This document shows, in pieces, positions 35,911 to 45,967 of a DNA stretch of 54,244 nucleotides (position 1 is its first letter; each line of letters begins with the position of its first letter). Source of the stretch: a virus (lineage: Duplodnaviria; Caudoviricetes); IMG/VR virus record IMGVR_UViG_3300025000_000132, positions 1-54,244 of that record. The stretch is one strand, 5' to 3'. The notes under the pieces are model-generated. The model saw nothing but the letters and a program-made list of their open reading frames with translations, was not told the origin of the DNA and ran no database searches. Both the position numbers and the translations under genes were made by a program.

Positions 35911-37464
35911 TTATGAATAGACCTGCACTTTCTCTTCAACGATGGTTCGAATGATCCCCAAAAAAATCTGGCCCCGCACCCGGTACGTTACATCCTCCGG
36001 CATACCGATCACCTCGGGAATCTCGACATAGTCATCGTAGCCCTGATTAAGCAGCGGGAAGGACACCGACCCTTGGAACTCATCCGCTGCTGGACCGATG
36101 TAGACAAATGCCATGTCGGTAAGATCGCCGTCTCCGTTGATGTCCGCCACCCCTGACTTGGCTACGGCAAGGGAGATACTCTCGCCAGGCGCCTCGCTTT
36201 TGTGATAGACTATCCCCTCGCCATCCAGCCCTCGGTATTTACGCATCGGCTCCCAGGCAAACGCAGCGGTAATACTCTGCCGCGCCCCATTGTCTGCAAC
36301 GATAAAGAGCTCGACCTGCCAAGTCAGATCCTCGCTGTAGCAGCCCGGGCACTGGAGCGTCCCCCATTCATTGTTATATGGCGACGGCAACGGCTGGTGG
36401 TTCCAGGTGTACACCGTCTTGTCCTGCTGCCACCGCTCAAGTAGATAGACAGATGCTGCGATGGTGCCATTCAGCCGGATGTTGCCGTTGGGAAAATCGT
36501 CAAGAAACGTCTCCGTCACAGTGATCGTCGTCTCATATCGATCAAAGCTGTTCGTGTTACTGGATGTATGTGTGCAACTCGCAGGAAATTCGAAGGCTAC
36601 CTTGAACGCATCAATCGCATCATAGCAACTCTGTGGGGGAGGCTGGCCTTCCTCAAGTGCTGTGCAGGAATCTTCTGCGTGTCCAACGAAGTAGCTGCCT
36701 GCATACGAGACCGTCAGCCTATACTTATCACCGATGTACCCTCCGTCAAACAGTTGGTCGAACCCTACGACTCCCCCTCCGCCGATCGGATTGTGCGCCA
36801 TGGCAGCTGTCCACACCCACTCGGAGTCAGCCCCATCGTACCACGCCACTGCTCCGCAGGACTCGGTCTGCACAATACTGCCATAGTCCGGCCCATCCTC
36901 GGCGCGGCTGTCGGCTGGGGCAAGCCCGGAGGGGCGGAAAAAATACAGGGTCTTGTCATTGGAGATGGACAGTATCCGCATGTGCTCGAAAGCAACCGCC
37001 GCGTCATAATACATGAACCCTTCGTGGTAGAAAGCTTCCATGACCAAAGCGTCGTCATCTTCCAATTTACTGAACCAGTAATATGGCCCGGTAAATGACC
37101 CGCCCAGACTGGCAATGATCCCAACGATTTCCCGGCTGTAGTTCGCTTCGCCGGTACAAATGAAGCAGGGGATAAGGGTGTCGACCTGTCGTTGCCTGAG
37201 TTTCCACTCTTCTTTCTGGGGCGTAGGTTTCTCAGGTCGCACGTCAACAATGACCGTCTCCACTCCGAAGACGTTTTGTATGGAGATCTTGCCGATATAC
37301 GCTCCGGTCTCGTCGAAGAAATTCTCTTCGTGCTTATTCTGCTGTAGGGATTGGAATGCAGAGTTTTCCCGAAAGGTGCGGAGCAGCCGTTGAGTATGGG
37401 CGAGGGAGAGTTGCTCGGCTTTGTACCGATCCCCCTTCAGCTCGATTGCCGTCGTGCGAGCCAT
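35911..37464 (-). CDS. Putative virion / tail protein
   Basis: Long ORF in the structural operon with coupled start. Confidence 0.6.
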   Translation of the reverse strand: MARTTAIELKGDRYKAEQLSLAHTQRLLRTFRENSAFQSLQQNKHEENFFDETGAYIGKISIQNVFGVETVIVDVRPEKPTPQKEEWKLRQRQVDTLIPCFICTGEANYSREIVGIIASLGGSFTGPYYWFSKLEDDDALVMEAFYHEGFMYYDAAVAFEHMRILSISNDKTLYFFRPSGLAPADSRAEDGPDYGSIVQTESCGAVAWYDGADSEWVWTAAMAHNPIGGGGVVGFDQLFDGGYIGDKYRLTVSYAGSYFVGHAEDSCTALEEGQPPPQSCYDAIDAFKVAFEFPASCTHTSSNTNSFDRYETTITVTETFLDDFPNGNIRLNGTIAASVYLLERWQQDKTVYTWNHQPLPSPYNNEWGTLQCPGCYSEDLTWQVELFIVADNGARQSITAAFAWEPMRKYRGLDGEGIVYHKSEAPGESISLAVAKSGVADINGDGDLTDMAFVYIGPAADEFQGSVSFPLLNQGYDDYVEIPEVIGMPEDVTYRVRGQIFLGIIRTIVEEKVQVYS

Positions 37465-37949
37465 CACTGGCTCCGACGTTTCAGGAATACCGGGGCGAGG
37501 GCAAGTTCATCAAACGAGAAATCTCCACCATCAACATTAGCAACCCGGACCTTCCAGTATCTGGCCTTGCCGTAGAGGTATTTCTCCAAGGTCTGGGTAA
37601 CCTCCTGCTGGACCTGACCGGTCTTGACTGGGACGATGGTGAATGTCCGCGCCGTCGTCTCGTTCTCATCGCCGTAGAGGGTAAGCAAGAGATCGTCAGC
37701 AGTCTCAAAGGCAATCCGGAACGCCTCGATACTGGTCTGACCTCCGCGGCCGAAGTCGTGCAGCGGCGTGTCGACCCAGGCGGATATCGCTGTGGCTCCG
37801 TCAAGGCTGCCGGTTTCTTCGTAGATGCCGGCCGCCCCGAACCAGATCAACTCTCCATTGAAGAACACCGCCGAGTCAAACGGTATGTTGATGTACTGAC
37901 TGGGAAACTTGCCGGCCAACTCAAGGACTAGGGTCAATGCGTCGCTCAT
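37464..37949 (-). CDS. Putative tail structural protein
   Basis: AGGAGG RBS; beta-rich, KARYWKVRVANVDGGDF. Confidence 0.65.
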   Translation of the reverse strand: MSDALTLVLELAGKFPSQYINIPFDSAVFFNGELIWFGAAGIYEETGSLDGATAISAWVDTPLHDFGRGGQTSIEAFRIAFETADDLLLTLYGDENETTARTFTIVPVKTGQVQQEVTQTLEKYLYGKARYWKVRVANVDGGDFSFDELALAPVFLKRRSQ

Positions 37950-39325
37950 ACCGGCCTCCTGTATCTGAGCACTGTGCCGTCAAGCTGGGTGGGCGTAGCG
38001 GTGTCGAACCTACCCGACTGCATGGCGGAGAAAAGAGCCTTCAGGGCCGGCAGGACAACGACCATCTGGCCGGTGATCTCCTCATAAGAAGTCAGCAGGA
38101 TCTGCAGTTCCGGCAGGGTTACATGCAGGGAAGCCGCCTCACCGGCAGACCCGGAGAAGAGAACGGAAAGCGGGGGGAGATCCACGATCAGTTGCCCCAG
38201 GGTCTGCTGGTGAGACGAAAATGCGGGCAGCAGGTCGGGGAGATGCACGACCAGTTGTGCCAAATTCTCTACATCCGCTGTGAACAGCGCAGCGAACGGC
38301 GGGAGGGTGACATTGAGAGACGCTACTGAACCGGTTGTCGAAGAGAACAGCGGGGTGAGTTCAGGCAGGTCAAGTGCGAACGCCGCCCCGGCCCCGGCGG
38401 AGAACATCAAGGTCGGCAGGTCAACATCGAGAGCGCAGGTCGCCCCCATGACTGCTGAGAACTGTATCTCCGGAAAGGGCAGGTCGACAGTCAATGCGGT
38501 GCCGGCGACGAAGGCCGGGACCAGTGTCGGTAGGTCCACATCCAACCATGCCGGCGAACTGGTCGCCCCCGAGAAGATCAAAGTCGGCAGGCTGACGTTC
38601 AACGCTGCGTAGTTGCCAAGAGCTTGGAACAGAGGTGCAAGCGTCGGCAAAGTGACTGCAAGGTTTCCGGTCTGGTACACTTGAGCTATAGGCGCTTGCC
38701 CGGTAATCCGCATCTGCCCGGAACTGGGCAGGACGGTAATGGTGAGAGTGGGTGTCCCTCCAGTGAAGGAAATTTCACCAGATGTTGGATTTACAGAAAT
38801 ACCTGCCCTTGCAACAGGTGTTCCTCCTGTAATGGAGACACCTTTTGTTAATGGGGCGGCGGCGGTAGTGGGGATGCCTTCGGTTACCTCCAGATCGGCA
38901 GTGGCTGGTGAAAGAACAGGGGTCCACGAGAACGCCTGCGCTGAGTTGTTTTCCCAGGTATGGGTGAACGATGCGGCTGACTCCCATGCTGAATTGTCAT
39001 CACTCCACTCGATGTTGAACGCAGACGGGGACGCAGCATAGTAATCCTGTCGTGGGGTTAATAGCACCTCGACCAATGATTTTTCTATCCCCGCGCCAAA
39101 GTCGTACTTCCACCACGCCGGCACAGAGGATGATGTCTGCCATAAGGTAGAGGTATTGTTGTCTACCGCTTCTGCGGCATATCCGAAAGACTCGCTACTG
39201 GCATACGCCGTTCCCGAACCTGTCTGGTCGGTTCCGCCTACGCTCTCACGAAGTTCTACCTCGGAGAGCGCATTATATGCCCCTGCCACTGCGGTTATAT
39301 ATATTCGCCAGTACCTATGCCCCAT
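37946..39325 (-). CDS. Tail / receptor-binding protein with discoidin (F5/8C-like) N-domain and LxVxLP repeats
   Basis: RYWRIYIT..AVDNNTSTLW..WWKYDFG..WSDDNSAW; about 11 repeats in the C-half. Confidence 0.65.
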   Translation of the reverse strand: MGHRYWRIYITAVAGAYNALSEVELRESVGGTDQTGSGTAYASSESFGYAAEAVDNNTSTLWQTSSSVPAWWKYDFGAGIEKSLVEVLLTPRQDYYAASPSAFNIEWSDDNSAWESAASFTHTWENNSAQAFSWTPVLSPATADLEVTEGIPTTAAAPLTKGVSITGGTPVARAGISVNPTSGEISFTGGTPTLTITVLPSSGQMRITGQAPIAQVYQTGNLAVTLPTLAPLFQALGNYAALNVSLPTLIFSGATSSPAWLDVDLPTLVPAFVAGTALTVDLPFPEIQFSAVMGATCALDVDLPTLMFSAGAGAAFALDLPELTPLFSSTTGSVASLNVTLPPFAALFTADVENLAQLVVHLPDLLPAFSSHQQTLGQLIVDLPPLSVLFSGSAGEAASLHVTLPELQILLTSYEEITGQMVVVLPALKALFSAMQSGRFDTATPTQLDGTVLRYRRPV

Positions 39326-39336
39326 TTAATCCCCAG

Positions 39337-39777
39337 TTACGCTAATTGGAAAATTCCAGTAGCGGGCAACGTAATCAAAAATACCTGACCGTTAGTAACG
39401 CTGTGGTCTGCCGGGGTCGTGTCAAGAAGGCTGTAGCAAATCAGAGTTTTGTTTGCATCGGTGTTATCGTAGAACACACAATACCTGGCGGCAATACCGG
39501 ATGCCCCTGCTGTCCAGGTCGGGTCGTCGCAATCCCATGTGACCGTACCCGCTATGTTGACAAATGATTCATTGGTTACAGCAAGTCCTCCGGCGGTGTA
39601 CCCATCCTTGACTATTTCGTTTGCACTGATATCAGCCCAGTTTGCATTTGTTGCAAGATTGGGAGTCCATGTTGATGCAACCAGAGCGCATCTGATATCG
39701 TCCGTGTCAAGGTCGATCAGTTTCTGCCCCAACCTCGCTTTGAACGTGTGGAATACTGCAAATTGAGAAGCTGCCAT
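39337..39777 (-). CDS. Virion structural protein
   Basis: AAGGAG RBS; IDLDTDDIRCALV..GYTAGG. Confidence 0.7.
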   Translation of the reverse strand: MAASQFAVFHTFKARLGQKLIDLDTDDIRCALVASTWTPNLATNANWADISANEIVKDGYTAGGLAVTNESFVNIAGTVTWDCDDPTWTAGASGIAARYCVFYDNTDANKTLICYSLLDTTPADHSVTNGQVFLITLPATGIFQLA

Positions 39778-39788
39778 AGTCTATCTCC

Positions 39789-40529
39789 TTACGCTGCCTG
39801 AGCAGGCTGCGTGATTGCGCCAGTATCGATGGTCGTAGTTGCCCCAACTGCAACGGTCAGGCTGGACATCCGCAGCTCGCCAGTGCCAACCCCGCAAATT
39901 CCGTCAAAGCGGACAGCGGACTCCGATGCGCCAGTGACGTAGGCGTTCGAGTAATATCTGAACCAGCCGGCGGTGCCGGCGGCAAGCCCAACGCCGCTCC
40001 AAACTTCGCCAGCCTCTTTTGAGGTAATTCCGGCCGCGGCGTCGCCGAGATTGAGGCCGTTGACAGCGGCGCCTGGAGTGAACGCCCCAGAAGCGACGGT
40101 AATCCGCAGCAACTTAGTGCCGATCTCGGCAAGATCCGCGGTAGCCGGCTGGGTGCCGGTGTAGACCTCAATCACACCATTGCGCAGCTGCTCGTCAAGC
40201 GAGCCGCCGTTGGCGCCGGCTGCGATGATAACTTGGTCGCCGGCAACCTCAGTGGTGAGGGAGGCAGCCGGGATCTCGAGATAGCCGGCGGCGACTGCCA
40301 GGACTTTTACTCCAGCGACGTTGTTCGAGGTCGAGCCAGCGACTGAGATGTACTGGCCAACGGTGAAGCCCGCTGTGACAAACCCGTTGCCGGAGTCGGT
40401 GATACGGTCAGCCCCGCCTGTGCCTGTGCCGTCAGCAAAAGCGAAAGTGGTCCCAGTGATCATGTTCACCGGGTAACTATTCTTCGAGCACATCCCGTTG
40501 CGGAGCCCGGTGCTAAATCTTCCAGCCAT
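39789..40529 (-). CDS. Virion structural protein
   Basis: FSTGLRN..IEVYTGTQPATAD..GTAGWFR..RFDG. Confidence 0.7.
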   Translation of the reverse strand: MAGRFSTGLRNGMCSKNSYPVNMITGTTFAFADGTGTGGADRITDSGNGFVTAGFTVGQYISVAGSTSNNVAGVKVLAVAAGYLEIPAASLTTEVAGDQVIIAAGANGGSLDEQLRNGVIEVYTGTQPATADLAEIGTKLLRITVASGAFTPGAAVNGLNLGDAAAGITSKEAGEVWSGVGLAAGTAGWFRYYSNAYVTGASESAVRFDGICGVGTGELRMSSLTVAVGATTTIDTGAITQPAQAA

Positions 40530-40542
40530 AATTGATCTCCTT

Positions 40543-41445
40543 TTATGCCTCTATCATAACGATATAACGGTCGCCCGCTACGACTGCGCTCGCAAATTTC
40601 CCGGACGGGAACACCAGCTTGCGATGCGTAAAATTTATAAGCCCTCCGCTTTCAGTGAGGGCGCAGATACCTGCCGGCGTAGTGATCAGGATATGCTCTC
40701 CTTCGAGCCCGAGCTTCTCACCAGGGCAGGGGGCCATCGACCCCTCCAGCACTCCATATCCGGCCTTCGGTTCGCGGTGGACCTGGCCCCAGGCAGACCC
40801 ACGATGAAACTCGACACGTGAGGAGGTCCCGATCCACAGCCCCTGCGGCGTGCCCCAGAGCATGGTGACTCGGTCGGGTGTCGGCCGGAAGCCTCGGTGC
40901 AGATCATACACTCCGTAGAACGACGGCTCGGAGGCGAAGATCACATTCTCTTTGGCAATCAGCAACCGGCCGGCGAACCAGCCAAGCAGGTGGCCATTGG
41001 GGGGGTCAGAGTAGACTCGCAGCGGGTCGCCGCTGTATGTTCCTTTCGCCCAGGTTCTGGTCACTCCGCCGACGATGTAGCCCTTCTGAGCCCCGTTACT
41101 ATAATAGATCCGGTCAGCTACTGGCAGGTAGCGCATCCTGGCCCCGACCGTCAGGTCCGTGCGCAGGGCAGTGACTGAGTAATTGGGAAACATCCGGTAG
41201 AGGGTGGAGCCACTGACGAACAGGCAGACCTCGCCGAAAGAGAACCCGCACCGCGCTGACAGGGCTGATTTCTGCACCCTGCCAAGGCGCCGGGACGGCC
41301 GGCCGGAAGAGTCAATATTGACATTGACCGCCTGCGACAGCTCGGTCTCTCCAGTCTTCAGATCGTAGGTCAGACGTACAGGGTCGAGGTAATTATTCAG
41401 CCCGGTGGTGGCCTTGGCGATGGGTATGAATTTCGCCTGAGCCAT
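40543..41445 (-). CDS. Tail nozzle / tubular protein B-like
   Basis: TGLNN..AVNVNIDSSG..RRLG; beta-rich; follows the adaptor gene. Confidence 0.6.
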   Translation of the reverse strand: MAQAKFIPIAKATTGLNNYLDPVRLTYDLKTGETELSQAVNVNIDSSGRPSRRLGRVQKSALSARCGFSFGEVCLFVSGSTLYRMFPNYSVTALRTDLTVGARMRYLPVADRIYYSNGAQKGYIVGGVTRTWAKGTYSGDPLRVYSDPPNGHLLGWFAGRLLIAKENVIFASEPSFYGVYDLHRGFRPTPDRVTMLWGTPQGLWIGTSSRVEFHRGSAWGQVHREPKAGYGVLEGSMAPCPGEKLGLEGEHILITTPAGICALTESGGLINFTHRKLVFPSGKFASAVVAGDRYIVMIEA

Positions 41446-42143
41446 CAGGTGCGGTACGCGGGACAAGTGCCTATCCGCGTCTCCTGGTTCTGGATGCGCT
41501 GCAGCGCTGCTCGCCCATCGCCGACATAGAGCCGGTATGAAGCAAGATGATCGGCTGCCTTGACTGGGTCCTGGGTCTCCATGTCATGGTCGTTGAAAGC
41601 CTTGTAGGCTGCCCACTCGACACAGGCGGAATGGAAGCGGCTGGGGATCTCGGGCTCGGCATCAGGTGCAGCCCCTCCACCTTCAGGTACTGCTCCGTCG
41701 CCGGCAAGGTCATACTGGCTGTACCGCCAAACCTGCAGGACCAGGATGTCACCGTTCTCAGCAGCGGTTGGCGTCGGAAACAGTTGCACGGAGCCGGTGG
41801 CGAGGTCAGTCTGCCAGTGGGTCGGCACTCCTGTCGCCTCGGTATATCCATACAGTGCATCCTGAGTAGTGTAGATGTTGCCGGTGTCGACCTTGGCCAA
41901 CTTCCTGGTGCCGTCCCAGATGTCGAGGATCTGGATAACGCGGGCGGGGATGGCGTAGACAGCAACCCCGGTCTGCAGGGTCAGCTTGAAGTTGGTGAGA
42001 TCGGTAAAATAGCCGGTCTCCTCGCAGAACTTATCCTGCCCTTCCGCCAGGAAACGCAGAAGCCGTGCCTCTGCGAACTTCCCATTGGTCGTGGAATCAT
42101 TCAGCACCTGCCGCAGTTCCGCCAACATCTCCGCCCGGGTCAT
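41445..42143 (-). CDS. Head-tail adaptor / tail tubular protein A-like
   Basis: MTRAEMLAELRQVLND..LFPTP..EPEIPSRFH..WAAYKAF. Confidence 0.7.
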   Translation of the reverse strand: MTRAEMLAELRQVLNDSTTNGKFAEARLLRFLAEGQDKFCEETGYFTDLTNFKLTLQTGVAVYAIPARVIQILDIWDGTRKLAKVDTGNIYTTQDALYGYTEATGVPTHWQTDLATGSVQLFPTPTAAENGDILVLQVWRYSQYDLAGDGAVPEGGGAAPDAEPEIPSRFHSACVEWAAYKAFNDHDMETQDPVKAADHLASYRLYVGDGRAALQRIQNQETRIGTCPAYRT

Positions 42144-42556
42144 TAGAAGTATTTCCCTCCCTTGACCATCCGCCAGGGGATGGCTGAGCGCATCTGTTTC
42201 TCCATCGTCATTTGCCCAGTCATTGGGTCACGTCGCTGCACATAATGCGCTGATACTGCATCCCGCAAGCAGTAGATAATAGACGGAGGAACCTTTGCAT
42301 CGACTCCTCGCATAACCTGCAACTCATGGCCGAAAGGGGTACCATCCTTTTTGGTCCCATGCGCAGCTACATACTCAAAATTCGGCTTGCCGTCCTCCAT
42401 TTCAATGTGGATAACCGGCCAGTTGTCCCGGTCGTCTTCCGGGTCGATGGCACCGGCCTTGGCCGGTGCGTCGGCTTTCTTCTTGCTTTTCTGCTCTGGG
42501 ATCGGCTGGATGTCGATATCTCCCAGACCCAGATCCAATTCTTCACTCGTTGGCAT
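42143..42556 (-). CDS. Hypothetical protein (head module)
   Basis: ORF with coupled TAATG overlap. Confidence 0.6.
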   Translation of the reverse strand: MPTSEELDLGLGDIDIQPIPEQKSKKKADAPAKAGAIDPEDDRDNWPVIHIEMEDGKPNFEYVAAHGTKKDGTPFGHELQVMRGVDAKVPPSIIYCLRDAVSAHYVQRRDPMTGQMTMEKQMRSAIPWRMVKGGKYF

Positions 42557-42601
42557 TACATTCCCCCCGTTAAGATTAATGGTGCTTCAGTTGCAGGACT
42601 C

Positions 42602-42629
42602 AATAGAAGGGTGGGCGTTTCACCCACCC
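42602..42629 (-). terminator. Intrinsic terminator
   Basis: Minus strand GGGTGGGTG-AAA-CGCCCACCC followed by TTCTATT. Confidence 0.6.
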
Positions 42630-42642
42630 CTGTGGTTGAGGC

Positions 42643-43248
42643 TTACACGCCCCAGAGTTCGATCAGGAACCGACCTGCAGTGTAGGCAGCAGCCGTGCCT
42701 GCAGCACCGCCAGTCAGATACAGGTACTTGTTCGCGGCCACGTCAACCAGGAACGGTTTCGTGAGCCCAAGGGTCCAGTTGCCGCCGGCCGTGACTATCG
42801 CTGTTTCGACAAGGTCCCCGACGGCGCCGTCAAATGCGCCGGTCCCCTCAGTAGCAGCGTAGAGGTCGATATCAACAATACCGCCAGTCGGCACTTCCAG
42901 GCAGGTCATCTTCCCGCCCATGCACGTGCCATTCAGTGCGGCGGTGACTTGGCCAATGTGCGATACCCCGCTGGTCCCGATGATGTCGAGGTCGGTTGTG
43001 GATGATGCAGCTCCGGTCAAGTCGATGACGAGCGTGGTCTTTACCACGTCGCCGTGCTTGACAACCGATGCCTTGTAGACCGTACCGGTACCGGCAAAAC
43101 CAGCGCCGGGAGTCATCACCTGGGCCGACAGGTCGGCAGCTGCGTTGACCTCCGCCAAGGATGCAGCCAGAACGACCCCGTTGATGTCTTGAAGTATCTC
43201 AGTAGTTACCCGGCGTGCGGTAAGATCATTTACCCTTCTGTTACTCAT
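42643..43248 (-). CDS. Virion structural / decoration protein
   Basis: GGAGG RBS before ATG 43248; Gly/Thr/Ala-rich. Confidence 0.65.
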   Translation of the reverse strand: MSNRRVNDLTARRVTTEILQDINGVVLAASLAEVNAAADLSAQVMTPGAGFAGTGTVYKASVVKHGDVVKTTLVIDLTGAASSTTDLDIIGTSGVSHIGQVTAALNGTCMGGKMTCLEVPTGGIVDIDLYAATEGTGAFDGAVGDLVETAIVTAGGNWTLGLTKPFLVDVAANKYLYLTGGAAGTAAAYTAGRFLIELWGV

Positions 43249-43287
43249 GGTATCCTCCATCGGCGAACATGTCGCCGGAATAGGATT

Positions 43288-43587
43288 TTAGCGGAATGCC
43301 ACCCAATAAACTACGTCGGCAGCGGTGTCGCAGATGTCGAGGCCCAGTGTGAAGCCGTTCGCCGTCAATGTGATCGAGCCGGCCGCGTTGACTGAGATCT
43401 GAGTATCGGCGTGGTTACCGGTGTCGAGCGAGGTGCCGGCAGCCATGCCTTCAAAAAACTCATAGAAGGCGAGGTTGTTGACATTCACCGCCCTGATGTA
43501 CGTCGGGACGAATCCAAGCTCGACGGTGACCGCCGCGGCCGGGTTGGCAACGGTAATCTTGCCGGACTGTGCGTATTGTTTATCCAT
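43288..43587 (-). CDS. Small virion protein (capsid decoration-like)
   Basis: AAGGAG RBS; directly after the major capsid gene. Confidence 0.65.
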   Translation of the reverse strand: MDKQYAQSGKITVANPAAAVTVELGFVPTYIRAVNVNNLAFYEFFEGMAAGTSLDTGNHADTQISVNAAGSITLTANGFTLGLDICDTAADVVYWVAFR

Positions 43588-43601
43588 GATCTATTCTCCT
43601 T

Positions 43602-43626
43602 AAAGAGAGCGGGGGTTGCCCCCCGC
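43602..43626 (-). terminator. Intrinsic terminator after the major capsid gene
   Basis: Minus strand GCGGGGG-GCAA-CCCCCGC followed by TCTCTTT. Confidence 0.7.
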
Positions 43627-43641
43627 ATTGAAGGTCAAAAA

Positions 43642-44643
43642 TTACAGTTCAGGAACCGCTACTTCCGCCCTTCCAATCCAGGCCTGTTGAAGTATAACAG
43701 CCGTGAAGTAGGTTTTCCACGCTACTGAACCCCTCTGCCCTCCGGGGTCGCCGCCGCGAGGGACGTTCGGATTAAGGACCATCGGAGTAATAGCGTTGGA
43801 GCCCTTGAGCGGTACTACCCCAAAAGCGTCCGGAGCAAGATAGATGACCGGATAGACATCGGCACTGGTACCGGTAGTGGAGATCATCGTGGTGCCGGAG
43901 CCGGCTTTTGCTCCACCGCCGTCGGCCCATGCCTCAAAGACCGTCGAAGAGATGTATCGAACATTCTCAACCGCTCCGAGTTCGCTCTCGTACTTTGATG
44001 TTCCGCCGTAATCGACAACGTCCTTGAACCCCTGCAACCCCCGAACGGTTGTCTCGAGGTCAGGGTGGATCAGACCGATGTAAGACGGAAGGACATTCTC
44101 AGTATTGAAGTTTGCCGAGCTGGAAATCTTCGATGTGAACGGTCTAGCGAATTGGCGCTTGAACCCACGAATGACTTTGCGCTGCAGGTTGAGGGTGAGG
44201 GGGGTGTTGATGTCGGTCCTGGCCGAACCATTGGCCCGGTACAAGGTGGTGCCGGCCTTGATGATGCCGAAAGCGACCATTTCAACCGTCAGAGCGGCCT
44301 GTTCACCGATCATCGCCGAGTATTCCTGCAAGACCGGATCGGTATGCAGATCAGCAATCACGTCGGTCAACTCGAGATAATCCAGATACTGACTCAGCGT
44401 CGCCGTGTAGTCGGTCTTGGTCGGAGTGCTGCCAGACGGAGTTACACCCTCAACTACTGGAGTGGTGGCTGCGGCCAGACGCTCGTAGCGGCGGAACTTC
44501 TGGGTGTTGGTCTGGTTCTTGCCAAGCGGCTTGGACTGGCCGAACTGCTGGATGACCAGATGCGGCTGCCCTCTCTTCAACATCTCTACCGCCGCGCTTG
44601 CTGCTACTGCCGGAGAGATATCCCCGTAAGTCGTTTGTGCCAT
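43642..44643 (-). CDS. Major capsid protein, N4-gp56 family
   Basis: TTYGDISP..KFRRY..EGVTP..HPDLE..DVYP..DPGGQRG..WK. Confidence 0.88.
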   Translation of the reverse strand: MAQTTYGDISPAVAASAAVEMLKRGQPHLVIQQFGQSKPLGKNQTNTQKFRRYERLAAATTPVVEGVTPSGSTPTKTDYTATLSQYLDYLELTDVIADLHTDPVLQEYSAMIGEQAALTVEMVAFGIIKAGTTLYRANGSARTDINTPLTLNLQRKVIRGFKRQFARPFTSKISSSANFNTENVLPSYIGLIHPDLETTVRGLQGFKDVVDYGGTSKYESELGAVENVRYISSTVFEAWADGGGAKAGSGTTMISTTGTSADVYPVIYLAPDAFGVVPLKGSNAITPMVLNPNVPRGGDPGGQRGSVAWKTYFTAVILQQAWIGRAEVAVPEL

Positions 44644-44669
44644 GATGTTCCTCCTCTGGCTGGGTTTGG

Positions 44670-45506
44670 TTACGCCGTCGCGGCGAACTTCTCAAAGGCC
44701 CCGTCGAAATCGTTGGGGTCAACTGCGGCTCGCCCGCCGGTGTGGCGCCCGCGCACACCTTCCTGAGCGTTAAGCCTCTTCTCCTTTTCAGGATCTTTCG
44801 GTGGTTCGGGAGGAGGCGGAGGTTGTGCGCTGCCGGTCTCCTTTTTGAACACATTGTACAACTTGATGGTCTGCTCCGCGGTACCGCTGTTCAGCACCTT
44901 GTCGTAAGCATCCTGTAGAAACTCGGGCTGGGCCTTGATCCATTCCTCCACCTTCGGAAGCAGCTCGACTGCGTCCGCATGGGACTTCAGCACCGTGTCC
45001 ATGAAGGTATTGTGGGCTACGGTCTGAGCGACCGCTGCAACCGGGGCCAACCGTGCAAGGATGTCGGCAACCCGCTTCTCGACCATGTTCTCCATCTTAG
45101 CGAGCATGACTCGCTGGGTGGCTTTGATGGCCGCCGAGACCTCGGTGAAGTTGGCAGCGACCTCGTCGAAGGCAGCCTGCTCCTCTTCGGTGAAGGCGTC
45201 GTCGACGGTCGTCGGGGCCGGGGGCTCGGGTGCCGGAGGGGCTGCGGCTTGCGGCTCAGGGTCGGGAGTAGGGACCGGTGCCGGCGGTGGCTCGGGAGCA
45301 GGTGCTGGCTCTGGAGGAGTTTCCGGCGGGGGCTCGGGCTGAGGTTCGGGCTGAGGTTCGGGTGGAGTCTCTGGATCTGACTCAAGTGCCGGGTGGTTTT
45401 CAGGTTCAGGTGGCAGGTCCGACAAATCCTGGCCAGCCGCGGCCTCGAACGCCAGATCGAAGGCGTCTGGTTCAAGGTTATCTTCAATGGTTTCAGTGTC
45501 AGGCAT
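44670..45506 (-). CDS. Capsid scaffolding protein
   Basis: Pro/Glu-rich, between portal and capsid, ends DFDGAFEKFA. Confidence 0.7.
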   Translation of the reverse strand: MPDTETIEDNLEPDAFDLAFEAAAGQDLSDLPPEPENHPALESDPETPPEPQPEPQPEPPPETPPEPAPAPEPPPAPVPTPDPEPQAAAPPAPEPPAPTTVDDAFTEEEQAAFDEVAANFTEVSAAIKATQRVMLAKMENMVEKRVADILARLAPVAAVAQTVAHNTFMDTVLKSHADAVELLPKVEEWIKAQPEFLQDAYDKVLNSGTAEQTIKLYNVFKKETGSAQPPPPPEPPKDPEKEKRLNAQEGVRGRHTGGRAAVDPNDFDGAFEKFAATA

Positions 45507-45554
45507 AAATTTCTCCAGGTTTGTAGGAAGCGTAACAATAATTTACACGATTTG

Positions 45555-45746
45555 TCAATCAAAAAGTTGTAGCAAATCCTTACATTCTTTCGCTCTGCCG
45601 CGCACTTCGGGCGATTCTTCACCTTCGAGCCGGTTGCGATGCTGCTCTCGACGCAGCGAGATCATCTCACGGAGCAGGATTATTGACTCCATGTCCTTGT
45701 AAGATACCAAGATATCTTGGATTTCTTTTATGCGTTCTTTACTCAT
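45555..45746 (-). CDS. Small protein downstream of portal
   Basis: EVRGRAKECKDLL; position typical of podovirus head modules. Confidence 0.55.
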   Translation of the reverse strand: MSKERIKEIQDILVSYKDMESIILLREMISLRREQHRNRLEGEESPEVRGRAKECKDLLQLFD

Positions 45747-45748
45747 GG

Positions 45749-45967
45749 TCAGCACGTCACTTTGTATGGGTCGGTCAGCGGCCCGTCCCTAAATATTGAT
45801 GGGTACGGAGAAACTGGTGCTAAAGTAGGAACGACTCCCAAAGCATCAAGCATCTTCCGCAGTTCCCTCAACTCGTCCATTGTTAGAAGATGGACAGCGT
45901 CGCCTATTCTCAATTCGATCTTCACTGATATCTTCGGCATACTTACCCCCTCTTGTGATTTCTTCAT
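45749..45967 (-). CDS. Small hypothetical protein (alternative start 45940)
   Basis: ATGA overlap with portal. Confidence 0.5.
   Translation of the reverse strand: MKKSQEGVSMPKISVKIELRIGDAVHLLTMDELRELRKMLDALGVVPTLAPVSPYPSIFRDGPLTDPYKVTC

Noticed and set aside
45220-45370. Short tandem repeats such as GGCTGAGGTTCG
   Set aside because: They encode the Pro/Glu-rich linker of the scaffold protein
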